64,000 bases of DNA from contig JASANG010003752.1 of NCBI GenBank assembly GCA_030248215.1, positions 186,001 through 250,000 of the forward strand. The letters are read 5' to 3'. The position numbers and the translations under genes are program-made. Source of the DNA: Enoplolaimus lenunculus (taxonomy: Eukaryota). Every line of letters begins with the position of its first letter. Positions within the stretch are counted from its first letter, which is position 1. Under the pieces are notes generated by a model. It made no database searches. It was not told the DNA's origin and worked only from the letters and a program-made list of their open reading frames with translations. Of this stretch, positions 25,301 to 36,654 are shown piece by piece.

Positions 25301-26347
25301 ATTTAAACGGTATATCTCGCTACGTTTGTATTGTTAAGCCTGGAACGGCCCACATACGTATTTTAAGCAGCATTCCAGCTGTTGTGATGATTGTTTCATA
25401 TATCAACAAGAAACATCATGTATATGCAAATTAGAATACATTCTTAAAAAGTTTTGTCAGGAATATTTCAGTGTTGCAAATTTACAACCACGTTGGCGGA
25501 TACTTTAATAATTTCAAATATATTAAAGTGCAACAAAGGGTATTTGAGGACAGTGCTCCCAAAATTGATTGCTGTGTAAAATTGTTTGCAAAAAATTAGC
25601 TCACGCAACTGTGTCTTATTTCATAGCGATTTCCTGTGTATCTTTGCAATTATCTGGGTAATCCTACCTCTGACGTGTTAAAATAACTTCGGACAACCTT
25701 CGGTACCGGGTTTTAGATGATAGGTACGTGGCCAACCCCGACCGTCAGAAATTTCTGTGTCCGTCGGTATATTGAATTACTGTTTATTGTGGACAACTCA
25801 ATTAAACTTAAGTCTCTGGTAAACCAAGTGTCTCCTCAACGAGTCATTTGGGGGTTTAATTAGAATCTAAAAGATGCCTCAGAGGTCCGGGCCAATGTAA
25901 ACAACAGGCGCGGAACAGTATTATAAACATATTCATAAACCTAAGCCTAAGCGTAAGACTGAGTACTTTCCTAAGCCCAAGCCTAAGCCTATGCTTAAGC
26001 CAAGCAAAAAATAGTTTAAAACTTAAGCTTACTCTATTGCAGTCCCACAGAAAAACGTTCCGCCCCTGATCTTTACATGGACCGAGGTCAGTGCTCGAAG
26101 AAGGCTCGAGAAGTGTGGCTTCAGCCCTAATCTACCGTAGCGTTTAGCTGATGCAAATATTCACTTTGCGGGGTATTTGACAACCCCACCTACTCGATAT
26201 ATTGCACCCCTGGAGTTGCTAAATAAACCTACCGTACAACGGTTCTGTAGACGTTAAAGCTGAGTTCTGTTGGCATTGAACATGTCCAATTGACACAGAT
26301 AATATGAACGAAGTGAATGCTTCGAGTAATTGTAAATTATAATACAT
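13381..26347 (-). CDS. Cys-loop ligand-gated cation channel subunit, nAChR-like, non-alpha (about 614 aa)
   Basis: Eight frame-consistent exons: 26347-26233 (ATG, signal peptide), 25274-25162, 23160-23116, 22451-22342 (W.D..LAWNP...IWQPDI), 21818-21396 (Cys-loop CPINIERFPFDSQKC, WAY, LRRRALFY, M1), 16250-16132 (SEKVTMGITTMLT M2; MPKTS..IPLIG), 14938-14607 (M3), 13968-13381 (DWIKIATALDKIF M4, TAA). Total 1845 nt. No vicinal CC in loop C. Confidence 0.93.
15628..15891. mobile_element. piggyBac-like MITE family C (tRNA-like cassette on minus strand)
   Basis: TTAA|CCCTTTCTCACAT ... ATGTGAGAAGGGG|TTAA, 264 bp. Confidence 0.9.
16719..16980. mobile_element. piggyBac-like MITE family C copy nested in the 3.3-kb element
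   Basis: TTAA flanks, CCCTTTCTCACAT / ATGTGAGAAGGGG ends. Confidence 0.9.
17848..18158. repeat. 98-bp tandem repeat, about 3.1 near-identical copies
   Basis: CTAATGGC(C/T)GTGTCG recurs at 17851, 17949, 18047, 18145; a diverged partial copy precedes it. Confidence 0.95.
18915..19420. repeat. Minisatellite of 12-bp TGTAACCGTGGG and 21-bp TGTAACCGTGGGAGTATCCAA units
   Basis: Directly visible; homogeneous at 18978-19195, degenerate beyond. Confidence 0.95.
19920..20373. repeat. Degenerate long palindrome (foldback MITE relic)
   Basis: Arms CTTCTCAGAATCTCCCCTGATCATTC..TTTGAATTTTTGAAAAGTTCGATTTTTTAA and TTAAAAAATCGAATTTTCCAAAAATTCAAA..GAATAATCAGGGGAGGTATGAGAAG, centre near 20140. Confidence 0.7.
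21083..21345. mobile_element. piggyBac-like MITE family C copy (tRNA-like cassette on plus strand)
   Basis: TTAA flanks; CCTTTTCTCACAT / ATGTTAGAAAGGA ends. Confidence 0.88.
22462..22620. mobile_element. Telomere-repeat MITE family A, truncated copy
   Basis: GGCCCATGTAAACATCAGGGGCGGAAC end followed by family-A body and TTAGGC repeats; other end missing. Confidence 0.8.
23552..24850. mobile_element. 1.3-kb TIR element containing a minisatellite
   Basis: About 49-bp imperfect TIRs ATGTCGCTCACACGTTACCATACATGCACTCGGCACA / TGTGCCGAGTGCACGTATGGTAACGTGTGAGTTACAT. Confidence 0.85.
23861..24591. repeat. 19-21-bp minisatellite CCGCCAAAATTTGAATTT(T)(C/G), about 35 copies
   Basis: Directly visible tandem array with CCAAAA/CCTAAA variants. 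Confidence 0.97.
25014..25108. mobile_element. Short MITE family H (AGGGTGGCGCTATACTT-type TIR; Harbinger-like by end pattern)
   Basis: AGGGTGGCGGTATACTT ... AGGTATAGCGCCACTCT; relatives near 26455-26638, 45433-45600, 55305-55446, 57664-57815, 59655-59818. Confidence 0.6.
25890..26083. mobile_element. Telomere-repeat MITE family A (Merlin-like)
   Basis: GGCCAATGTAAACAACAGGCGCGGAAC ... GTTCCGCCCCTGATCTTTACATGGACC; TSD GAGGTCCG / GAGGTCAG; internal GCCTAA repeats. Confidence 0.9.
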
Positions 26348-26841
26348 TGTGTCGGTTTACTTGTGTTATTTACATTATTTCTAACATTGAAAAAAGAATA
26401 TTTTTCTATTTTTAGGTACGAATAAGGATTTAAAGTCACTCAAGATGTGGGATTAGGGTATCGCTATACGTTTGATGACGTCCGACATTGTCCGTCAGCC
26501 GTACGTCGCCATCCGTGACAATGCGTCACACGGTGCGGCATCGTACGCGAAATACTCACGTACCACCGTGACGTATGGTGACGGATGGTCCGTACGAGTG
26601 ACGGACGCCGTCGTCCGACATGTATAGAGCAGCAGTCCTAACGATCCCGTTCAGGATGCTACGCTCGTTTGCAAAAACAACTTTAGACACAACCCTCTCC
26701 TGACTTGAATTCCATGGTTAAGGCCCCGATTGACCCCTGATACTTAACTTTGTAGCAAATACGTAATGTGACAATTTACGAAATTGAATAAATTTGTAAT
26801 GCTAGCAAAGAGCGACTACAGCATAGGCCCGTAGCCAGTTG

Positions 26842-27265
26842 GGACCTGTGTATACAACAGGACCGGAACGCAGTGGTATAAAGCATATTTGTAAGCCTAA
26901 GCGCAGCAATGAGCTTTCATATTTAAGCCTAAGCCTAAGCCTAAGCCTACGCCTAAACCTATACTGCAAAAAATGGTGAGTCAAATTGACTCTCTCCGAA
27001 ATAGGCTTTTCCTGACTACACGAACTGAGTCAAAATTTGACTCCGCCAGATTCAAATTCGATTCACTGAACCGCGCAGTGAGTCTAATTTGACTCTTGGC
27101 GGAGTCGAATTTGACTCAGTTTGTGTAGTCAGGAAAAGCCTATTTTGGAGAGAGTCAATTTGACTCACCATTTTTACAGTGTAAGCTAAATATTAGTCTA
27201 AAACTTAAGTTTGCTGTATTACAGTTTCGCAGAAAAACGTTCCGATCCTGTTCTATACATGGTCC
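26842..27265. mobile_element. Telomere-repeat MITE family A, interrupted by a family F hairpin element
   Basis: GGACCTGTGTATACAACAGGACCGGAAC ... GTTCCGATCCTGTTCTATACATGGTCC with GCCTAA repeats; insertion at 26962-27181. Confidence 0.8.
26962..27181. mobile_element. Palindromic MITE family F (CACTGCAAAAAATGGTGAGTC ends, TA flanks)
   Basis: About 95-bp inverted arms; TA on both sides. Confidence 0.88.
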
Positions 27266-27672
27266 CCAGCGAGCAACAAGAGAACGGACTAAACATTTCC
27301 AGAACAGGGCTTACAAAAGTTTAAGACTTAACCTACAAGCAAACTTGAAACTCTTTCAGACGACCCAAAATGTTACTCAGCTGAACGCTGTCAACATTTA
27401 TATGGCCGTTGTCTGACCATGGAAGTGCCGCAGTCAAAAAATATAGCAACAACGTTTGACTAAAAACAACAAAAACATATTTGAAATATGTTTGAAATTA
27501 AAATACATACAACAACGGGGAAATAAAGCGAAAAAAACCGAAAAAAAATTGAATAATTTTAGTATTTTGAAATTTCTTTAAAAACAGAAATAAAGTTAAA
27601 AATGTTAATTGGGCCAAAAAAAATAAAAATACAAGCAAAATATTTGGTAAACAGCGGCGGATCAGGACGTTT

Positions 27673-27873
27673 CATAGTGTAAAAAATGGTGAGTCCAATT
27701 GACTCTCTTCGAAATAGGCTCTACGGGACTACACCAATTGAGTCAAATTCGACTCCGCCAGGAGTCAAATTCGACGCCATTGAGTTTCACGGGTGACTCT
27801 GGCGGAGTTGAATTTGACTCAATTTGTGTAGTCCCGTAGAGCCTATTTCGTAGATAGTCAATTTGACTCACTG
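27673..27873. mobile_element. Palindromic MITE family F, degenerate copy
   Basis: AAAAAATGGTGAGTCCAATTGACTC ... AGTCAATTTGACTCAC arms. Confidence 0.8.
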
Positions 27874-28967
27874 GTGACCGCACGATATTCTTTAGTAAAC
27901 AAAAGTTCGGTTGTGTGAAAAGTTAAACGCAATTTCAGTAGGCTTAAATTCAGAATCAACGGATTCGACAGTGTGTTTGAATAAATTATTTCAAGCTTGA
28001 AAATGATATCATAAAATTACGAGCAGAAGGTATATCATATATATACTCTACCGTATTTGATAGGCAAATATAGTGTAAATTGTTATAGACGGGGGCAAAT
28101 ACCAGCAGGTAAACATTTGTGTCACACAAGCAAAAGGATGAATTGCGTTTTCCGCTCAAGGCTGATCTTAAGCTTTAGATTCAAAATATTTCAAAAGTTG
28201 TACAGTAGCAATTGACACTTCGGAGATGACAGAAATTAATCACACGCGAAATCAACTATTAGAAAGGTAAGCGACACTGACACAACGTGCAAGGTTTTGC
28301 AGAGAGAAATTGAAACTGCTAACTGCACATGCAAAATTGTTGACAGAAACAACGTTGTTGCTGCAACTGCAAGCCCGCTGAGAATGCGGGGAACCTTTAA
28401 ATACTAATTGCTTCGAAAAAGCGGATTTGTTCAAGCTTCGATGACGAATGATATATGAAAAGCTGTATCATAAGGTTGAAATATATATGCAAAAATTTTC
28501 AAAATCTCACCATTTTGTTATCCAAATGTCAACTGAAACGAATGACAAAAAGGTTCAAGATTTGGAGATGCATGGCATTTCGTACGGCCAAACCTAAATT
28601 GACCAGTAAACCAAACCAAAACTTTGTTTTCCTTCCTGCATACACCAAAGCCAGTTTTATTTAGGTTGTATTTCAGAAATCATTAGACAAATCACATTGT
28701 TTTTAGTCTAAACGGTTTCTAAACTCCTACTGGTTTTAGCAAAACTACGCGATATCCAGTCTGGTTAAGAGGTTGTCCCAATGTGAAACGTAAGCATAAG
28801 TTCGTAGCCAAGGGGGTAGGGTGCAAGCAGTACTCTCTCCCCCACAACAGTTTTGATTCGAGCTGTTCAAGAAATACCACTAGAAAGTAAAGATAATTTG
28901 TTTCGAAAACAAGCAACCCTCTATGAAGCTTTCAGTAGTCTGTCAGTGCTATGGAGTTACGAATAGG

Positions 28968-29181
28968 GGCCAATGTAAAGAAGCACCGTTGGAACATAGT
29001 ATTATAAGCATAATTCTAAGCCTAAATCCTAAGCCTAAGCCTAAGCGTAAGCCAAAGAGCGAGCATATTCCTAAGTCTAAGCCTAAGCCTAATCCTAAGC
29101 CAAGCAAAAAATTAAGTCTAATACGCTTACTCTATTGCAGTCCCACAGAACAACGTTCCGCCACTGATCTTTACATGAGCC
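28968..29181. mobile_element. Telomere-repeat MITE family A
   Basis: GGCCAATGTAAAGA ... GATCTTTACATGAGCC; TSD CGAATAGG / CGAATACG. Confidence 0.9.
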
Positions 29182-31558
29182 CGAATACGCAACGCGAACA
29201 CATGAAAAATAATTAATGCAACAGAACGCCGTTGCGCAGTTTCACAAGCGATCAGGAAATTTTTGAGGGTACACAATTACCCGCAACGCTACGACTCGTA
29301 CAGACAGAGTTCAGCCTGCGAGAACCAAAAATGCCGTTGTTTTAGTCTTCCTGGCGTCTGATTTTTTAAGGACGGTTTTTGGATATGTTTTCGGGTTTTA
29401 AATTGTTTTGAGAGTCACATAGGCGTTGGTCACCAGGGTCGTATAGCTGAAAGAGCAAACAGGTGCAAACTACCCAGGGCCTCTATACAGCTTGTCCGAC
29501 TTTGGAATGCGTTAGGGTAGTCTCTAAAATTTTAGACGTGGATTGATTTGTCTCATAGCAGTTATTTTGAGCTGGGGCTGAAAATTTTTTTCCAGGCGGA
29601 AGATGCTAAGATTTCATACCAACTGTCATGTACAGTTGAAAGTTTACTAGAAGAACGGAATTTTAAGGGGCTGAGGGATACCGGCTTCCTGTATCTACGG
29701 GGTCCGAATAAAACATTTTTAAAGGATTCCATTGCGGAACAGTCCAACACGCGATTTACCTGGTCTTCTTAATGGTTCTCTGACCAGGCTCGTAGATTGA
29801 GGCAGCCAGGCAGACGGCGGGCTCAGCCACCCTGGAAGGATTTTCCCAGCTTCCCTTACTAAGGTGAGCTAGCTGCGGGTACGTCTCATAAACCACTTTT
29901 AGCCTGTAAGTACACAAGAACAGAAATAAACACCGGTAACTTCAGTGTTACGTTTAATGAACACAATTCGACTGTTACGCTAAAATATTTGCCTTCAGGC
30001 GTTTTACGTCAAAACAGGTCAAAAATTTCACCATTCCTAAGCCAGGGTTTGTTCTGCGAGAAGTTGCATAGGCCCGTAGTCAGATCACCTTGCTTGAATG
30101 GATAAATATTTATCAGAAAGGCATGTAAGGGTTTACGATGACTTACAAGCAAAGTTGAAAATTTTCTAGGGGGGGTCAAATGATTTTAGGGGGCTGATCC
30201 CTGTCCCTGGTTGGCTACGTGCCCGGTAGCGGATATGTTACTATGGAAATAAATACTGCTTGAGCTATATTAAATTTAAGCAGTGGGCAATCGAACAAAT
30301 GTATTTGAGTAAAACGTTCCACCCGGTCCCAGTTGCGGCCAGCTACCAACGGTTTGAACCCAAATCAGGGCCTGCCCTCTGGGAGACAATGAGACTCGGA
30401 GACTGGGATGCTTCGCCTTAGATAAAACGTTTAGGCTTCCGCGTAGGCTTCGAAGTAACTACATACTTTGGGCTTACCCTTAGGTTTGTTCAGACCCAAG
30501 ATTAGATGTATGTTCAATGAACAAGCCTAATGCGACTAACATGAGTTCGGAGCCTGCAGCCAAAACGGCGGGCAGCTTGCTCAGCCCCCAGAAAAGTTTT
30601 GGCATACCTAGGCCATTTTCAACCTTGCTCGTAAGTCAACGAAATCCCTTGTATGCCCTTGCTGAAAAATTTTTAGCCTCCCCAAGCAAGGTGTGCTATG
30701 GCTACGGGCATGCATAAGCCAAACTTCTTTATACCTTGAAACAGTTTTTTTGAAAACTTTTTGACATTTGTGACTTTTTGTGTGTTTTTTGAATTTCGAA
30801 GAATATAACATGGTTATATCAGAAACAACAAAGTTTTTTATAAAAATAAATACAAAAACGTATACTTAAATCGGTGTCTAAAATTTACAACACCGTTCAT
30901 TCTATGTTTAGAGACCAACGAATAATGTTTAATCAGAAGTTTTTAGCTAACAACATATTTAGCGATGCGCTTCGTTCATCTGGTCAGTCCGTACGCCTGT
31001 GTTTCTGTGGGCCAGGCCATGAAACGGATAAAACATCCGAGGCCCTGAGGCAGGACTCCTGCAAAGTATCATAATGGTACGTAGCAGTTGATCCAAGAAA
31101 CAAGAATTAGGTACATGTTTGGGAGTGCAATAATAATGGCACAAAAGAAACCTGGATCCAAGTAGAGTTAAATGAAATGTTTAACGTGATTTGAGCCGAT
31201 GACGCCCATGTTTTTAAATAGCATGGCTGATCGATTCGGTTGGGATCCACAGGTGGTCGCGACCTCCCTACAGGGCATGCAATTAGTATCCGGGTCTTTG
31301 GGAACCGGTTAAAATTTTAAACCCGGACACAGAACCTCGAATAAAGGAAGTGCAATTTTTAAGCAGAAAACAGAAGCGGAAACTATCGAAGTGAAAACAA
31401 ATGTAAGTCGAAAAATTAACTTACAAACGGAACGCTGTTCTGCAAATTTATTGGTCAAAATTTATTACACTTGTAGTATAATTCACTCTTGAATGGCCGT
31501 ACCTAATTGGCTAATTTTTGATGAACGCTGTCGGCGACACCGTTTGCCTTAGTGTCGA

Positions 31559-31668
31559 TGCCCGTAGCCAGAGGGGAGCCAGGGGGGAGGATGGTCAGCC
31601 CCCCTGGTATGCCTTCTCTGGAAAATTTAGCCCCCATTTCCTAGCAAGGCGAGCTGGCTACGGACCTG
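31559..31668. mobile_element. Short GC-rich MITE family G (GGCCCGTAGCCAG / CTGGCTACGGGCC ends)
   Basis: GCCCGTAGCCAG ... CTGGCTACGGACC; degenerate relatives near 14374-14521, 30069-30225, 30550-30712, 34308-34457, 42296-42426. Confidence 0.6.
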
Positions 31669-32114
31669 TTGATGTCTAGCCGCAAAATTGACCAATAATG
31701 ATAAAACCTGAAAATATCATTTTCTACCAACCATAACCAACCTAATAGAAATTGAGCGTGACTCAAAACCGGCAGCGTTGTCGTATTTAAATTCGTACAG
31801 TCAGTTCTGTTCTTCTGACAATATCAAACAAATAAAGCACCCAAAAAACACATTAATCCATGACGATGATGCGGAACTATAAATCGGCCAAAATTGTACC
31901 GAAATCAGGCCACAGGGCCTAAACTTGAATTGATACTTTTTTGCCAGGTAGAAATTAAATGAAAAAATTCAAAATTTTTAGTACATTTTCAGAGTTAATA
32001 TTTTATTCGTTTTGGTTTCAGCGTCGGCCGTCTACCGATATACTAAAATTTGTAGGCTACGTTGTCGCAATTGTAAGACTTATAAGAAATATATCTGCGT
32101 ATATAGAAGAAAAA

Positions 32115-32240
32115 ATAATAAATGAATAAATAAATAAATATATATAAATCAACAAAAAAAAGTAAATAAATAAATAAATAAATAAAACAATAAATAAATA
32201 AATAAATAAAAATAAATGAAAAAGTAAATAAACAAATAAA
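32115..32240. repeat. Imperfect (TAAA)n microsatellite
   Basis: Directly visible. Confidence 0.9.
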
Positions 32241-33302
32241 TATAATGTGTCTCATATTCCAAAACCAGATGTATATCAGAACGAGAATACTTACTGTTTC
32301 CTGTCGAACATTGTTCTAATTTTTGGTTTACAGGATTAAAACCCCAACAACCAGACGCGGCCAAAGCAAAAATGACCCGAAATTTGATTGGAAACCGCAT
32401 CCCGACAAAAAGCGGACGGCTTCACTGAACAAAATAAGCCTCAAGAGCTTTAATTTTGAAAGCTTCAAGTCAACGGAAACGGAAATTTTCATCGAGTCTG
32501 TTGTATTTGACTGACGAATACAAACCAAAGACAGTAATCACTGTAGCATCATGAACCAATGACAATTCAATTACAGCTTCACAGGAGCGTATTTATTCAA
32601 AAAAATGCTTACAAAACCCGACCCGTTTTGTTGTTTTTATTTGTACCAATTGAATCGCGGCCGGAAGTCTTTATTGTGCCTTTGGGACTAAGTTTCCCTC
32701 GCTGGAACCATTTTGTCTCCATCTAAGATGCTTTAACTCCTTGTGCGCCACGACAGCGAGAGGTTCGAGGTTCGATTCCCGGCCTGGTCATATCTTTCGA
32801 AGAAATTTAAAGGAAAAACCAAAAATATCCACAGTACTTCGGGGAAAGGGTCGTTCCGATCGGGCAGTTCTGACACCGCAGTAGTAATGATGGGTGGGCT
32901 CATATGGTCGTGCTGTATGATCCCATACGGCAATTTGCATACAACGCTGCAAGGTGCGCATAAAGCCTACGTTATAGCTAAGATGACGAAACAGGAACGT
33001 ATAACTTATTCAGCATTGCAACACCAACTTTTATTTAGACAGGGTTTAAGACTATTATAAACAACGAGTCATATTTTTGTTTCAAATGCGCTGAAGCTCA
33101 GAATGCGGCAGCTTATAAATTATAAGAATGAAATAAAAAAATTAGCTGACAAAGAATAGGAAAAAATCTCCAAAATATTGTTTAGTTTGTTTCAAAATTT
33201 CGCACGGCGTCCACTCATCATAAGAAACACTTGAAATATTAGCAATCCAATGATGGATCCAGAAATTATTTCTAAAAAATGGGGCCGCGCGCTAAATATT
33301 AA

Positions 33303-33565
33303 CCCTTTCTCACATGAATATTTTCTATTTTCCCTGAGACCTACTTTTATGCTAGGATTCGAACTCCGGTGACTGGAGTGGGAGGCGTACACCATCACCA
33401 CTCAGCTATAGGAGCTTGACGCTCGAGCCCGAGGGGGCTCTCACGTCTTCTGGTGATTTAGTACTATGTATACGTGTTGCAATTGTTAAACACGGTGCGA
33501 TATATATTATTTACCGTATATTCACTGCGCTTAGTTGCCTAAAGGCAACTCAATGTAAGAAGGGG
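33303..33565. mobile_element. piggyBac-like MITE family C copy
   Basis: TTAA|CCCTTTCTCACAT ... ATGTAAGAAGGGG|TTAA. Confidence 0.9.
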
Positions 33566-33771
33566 TTAATAGTGAAAAAATACTCATGAACGAAGCGAGC
33601 AAGACGCAAACGCAAATTTAGCACTAAATCTTAACTCCAATCCTTGGTCATAAACCATGTTAGGCCCTGGGTCTGAGTACCTTTCGTTGGATCCACCAGG
33701 TTTAGTAATTTTGGTATAGAGACTGCGTTTGTTTTGCGTTTTGTGCCGAACGGTTGGCGTGGGATACTCGA

Positions 33772-33983
33772 CACTGCAAAAAATGGTGAGGCAAATTGAC
33801 TCTCTGCGAAATAGGTATTGCGGGACTACGCAACTAGTCAAAATTCGACTCCGCCAGAGTCAAATTCGATTCACTGAGTCGCCCGTTTGACTCTGGCAGA
33901 GTTGAATTTGACTCAGTTGGTGTCAGTAGTCCCAAAAAACCTATTTCGGTGAGAGACAATTTGACTCGCCATTTTTGGCAGTG
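33772..33983. mobile_element. Palindromic MITE family F copy
   Basis: CACTGCAAAAAATGGTGAG ... CTCGCCATTTTTGGCAGTG|TA. Confidence 0.85.
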
Positions 33984-35835
33984 TAGCATTTTAACTGACA
34001 GATGGGAATTGGGGGTTGCGGCAACTAAACGTTAAGTATTTATCGAACAGTTTAGTCATCAATGAATTTAGTCACCAAAGAGGCGTTTGCGTGTTTTAAC
34101 CCTTTCTCACATAGAATATTGCATCAAGCGAAAATTGCAAATTTTTTACAATAGTAATTTCCTATTATGACCTGCATTTGAAGCAAAATATAACACACAT
34201 TTCAGATTTACAAAAAGAAAACTCAAATTTTGGATAAAACAAATTTTCACATTTTTGTCCTAATCAAAATGTTAATGATTTCTTTCAAAATTGTCAGCAT
34301 ACTTCAAACCCGTAGCAAGCTCACGTTACTAGAGGGGCTATGTTCGGTAGGAGCACACAAAGATTTTCGATGAAAAACAAGCTAGGTTGATAATTTTTAT
34401 GGGGGGGGGGGCAAAAACGGGGCTGAGCTTCCTGGGCCCCCTCTTGGCTACGGGCCCAGTATGTTTTGATATGCAGGGGCGCAGCCAGGATTTCATGTTA
34501 CAAGCGTATATCAGCCTCATGTCTATTAAACTTGTTTCGTGAGCAAGCGTAGCAAACAAGTAAATTAGCTTGCATTTTAGGCATTCTAAAGCGTTTAAAA
34601 GTGGCTTCATTCGCGAATTTGAAAAGATGTCGACGGGTGAACAAAGATTAATCCTTCTTATCCGACCGTCGTTATAATTTAGGCATAGGAGTCCCCGTTT
34701 CCTTGTTTTAACATAAATACATCTGGTGTCACAGGATCGTTTCTCCCGTGGATGATTCCGTTTTCGGAGACTTGATCCTATTGGCTGAAAATTGACGATC
34801 GGCTTCGATAGAATTTTTGACGCAAATTTCGGCAATTTCGCTACTGAAATTATGCATTGTTTTACAAAAATTGAATCGTTCAGTGAACTTAGTTCTTTAA
34901 CATTTGATACAATTTTCAATTGTTGGGACGTCTTAAAAGATAAATAATTCGGACAACATTTTACAGATATTTGCTAAAATAAACAAATCAAATATGGTTT
35001 CAAATCTCTTAGTTTCAACTACTTATAAATTTCGTGTGGCCTTCGGCAAATTTTACTGTCCTTCGCCAACTGGTAATAGGTGCTATACACATTTGAGAAT
35101 GCGACAACCAAGAGCTTCCGTAAAATGTTAATGTGTGGACAAGAATAAGTATGAGACAAATGAAGAGCAACGGTCTTCAGTGAAAATAGTCCTGAACAGC
35201 GATTTGATGGGAAAATATTCGTTCTGGGGGCGAGAAGATAAAATGTCTTGAACGATTTGGAGCGAGCAGTTGTCCTGAGGCCATTTCTCCACCGGGGAAA
35301 GAAGAAATTGTCACACAATCATTAATCCGGACGCCGGGGTGGAAAGAGTATTGTTACGGGGCAGAAATCGTCCGGTGACACCGGAACATCATGTTTTAGT
35401 GAAAACTTTGTTACCGTTATTAGTGCCTATACTTATTTAGGTTTGCCTATGCAAACAACGTAGTCACTAAATTTAATTAAAGTCAAAACAAAGTGTTTTC
35501 CGTTTGGTTCAAAAAAACTTAATTCTCAGAAATTTTCTATTCAAACTTCAGTGTCAAATTCTCAGGTTCCAAAAATTATAAATGTTTTCAAAATTGCACG
35601 CCGCTGTAATTTTATTCACTCGGTTCTCATGCCGCCCTTAAAGCAGAAAGAATATCTTGTTACTTGCGGTTTGAAAAGCAACAAAATAAATGATATTAAA
35701 CACTGGCGAATAAAGACAACTTTTAGTTTGGTTTAGAGTTTTATTTACTCTGATATACGCATGTATTCCATTTACGCTTAGGCTTAGGTTTTACTAAAGG
35801 CTTCCGCTTTGTGCTTAAAAACGGATAGTAAAATA

Positions 35836-36277
35836 CTGTAGCGACCCGAATAGGGAAACTGATATTTATTTAGCCACTTCAGAGGGTACTCCCCTTGTTA
35901 TTCGGTTACGGACTGTTATTTATTTTTAACCCACGCTCCGCCGCCCTTCGTTACTGATATATATCCGGTACTGCAATTATCCGTTGAATTAAACGTTTAT
36001 TTGTCTTGTGTCAATAGATTGAGCGTTAATACAAGGTTATAGTTAGGAATGTACTTTCAAAATTTAAGTACGCTTTAAAGTTTCGAACACAAGTTATTTG
36101 GTCCTGGAGTCATTTATACGCAACAATTAGGGTTAATTAACATTTATGGACTCTAATTAGGGTTTAGGGACTCTATTCGCTTACGGACTCACTAGGGATA
36201 CGGATTCCAATTGATTCGCACTTAAAATGGAAACCCCCTTCTTATTACCCATCGCCCTCTTATTCGGGTCAATACAG
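35836..36277. mobile_element. MITE family D copy inserted in a hAT-like element
   Basis: TA|CTGTAGCGACCCGAATAG ... CGGGTCAATACAG|TA; flanks rejoin to ACGGATAGTAAAA-TA-ACGGAAACGG, as in the hAT-like element at 49153. Confidence 0.85.
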
Positions 36278-36472
36278 TAACGGAAACGGATCGTGAACAA
36301 AATTGACGAAAACCGGACGTCGACTTTTACCGAAAACAGATTTCCGGTTACACCCTGCATGACTAAGTACGAACCTATGCCTGGGTCTAAAACTAGAGCC
36401 TAAGGTTGAGCTTAAGCCTGAACGTAATTCGAAATGTGGGGACAGTGTACTATAGTCAAATATAGATGTATT

Positions 36473-36654
36473 GACCCATGTTACTTTAAGGGGCGTCCAG
36501 GTTCCTGGTGGGTCTATAAAAAGTAAGTTTCTAGATTACATTTTTTGCATAGGCTTAGGCTTAGGCTTAGGTTTAGGCTTAGGAACACATTTTTGCAACG
36601 TTTAGGCTTAGGCTTAGGCTTACGCTTAATCTACTCCTTAAAGTAATATTGACC
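36473..36654. mobile_element. Telomere-repeat MITE family B
   Basis: GACCCATGTTACTTTAAGG ... CCTTAAAGTAATATTGACC; perfect 8-bp TSD GATGTATT; internal TTAGGC runs. Confidence 0.92.

Noticed and set aside
28923..29216. KPKPK / RLRLR ORFs (also 26802, 38275, 49167)
   Set aside because: Translations of GCCTAA/TTAGGC hexamers inside MITEs.
32735..32792. tRNA gene (B-box GGTTCGATTCCC)
   Set aside because: No A-box or cloverleaf could be built; at most a SINE/tRNA relic. Isolated A-box-like motifs near 22718-22736 and 53835-53860 were rejected for the same reason.
34338..34919. 193-aa minus-strand ORF
   Set aside because: No recognisable domain, non-ATG start, runs across MITE fragments.
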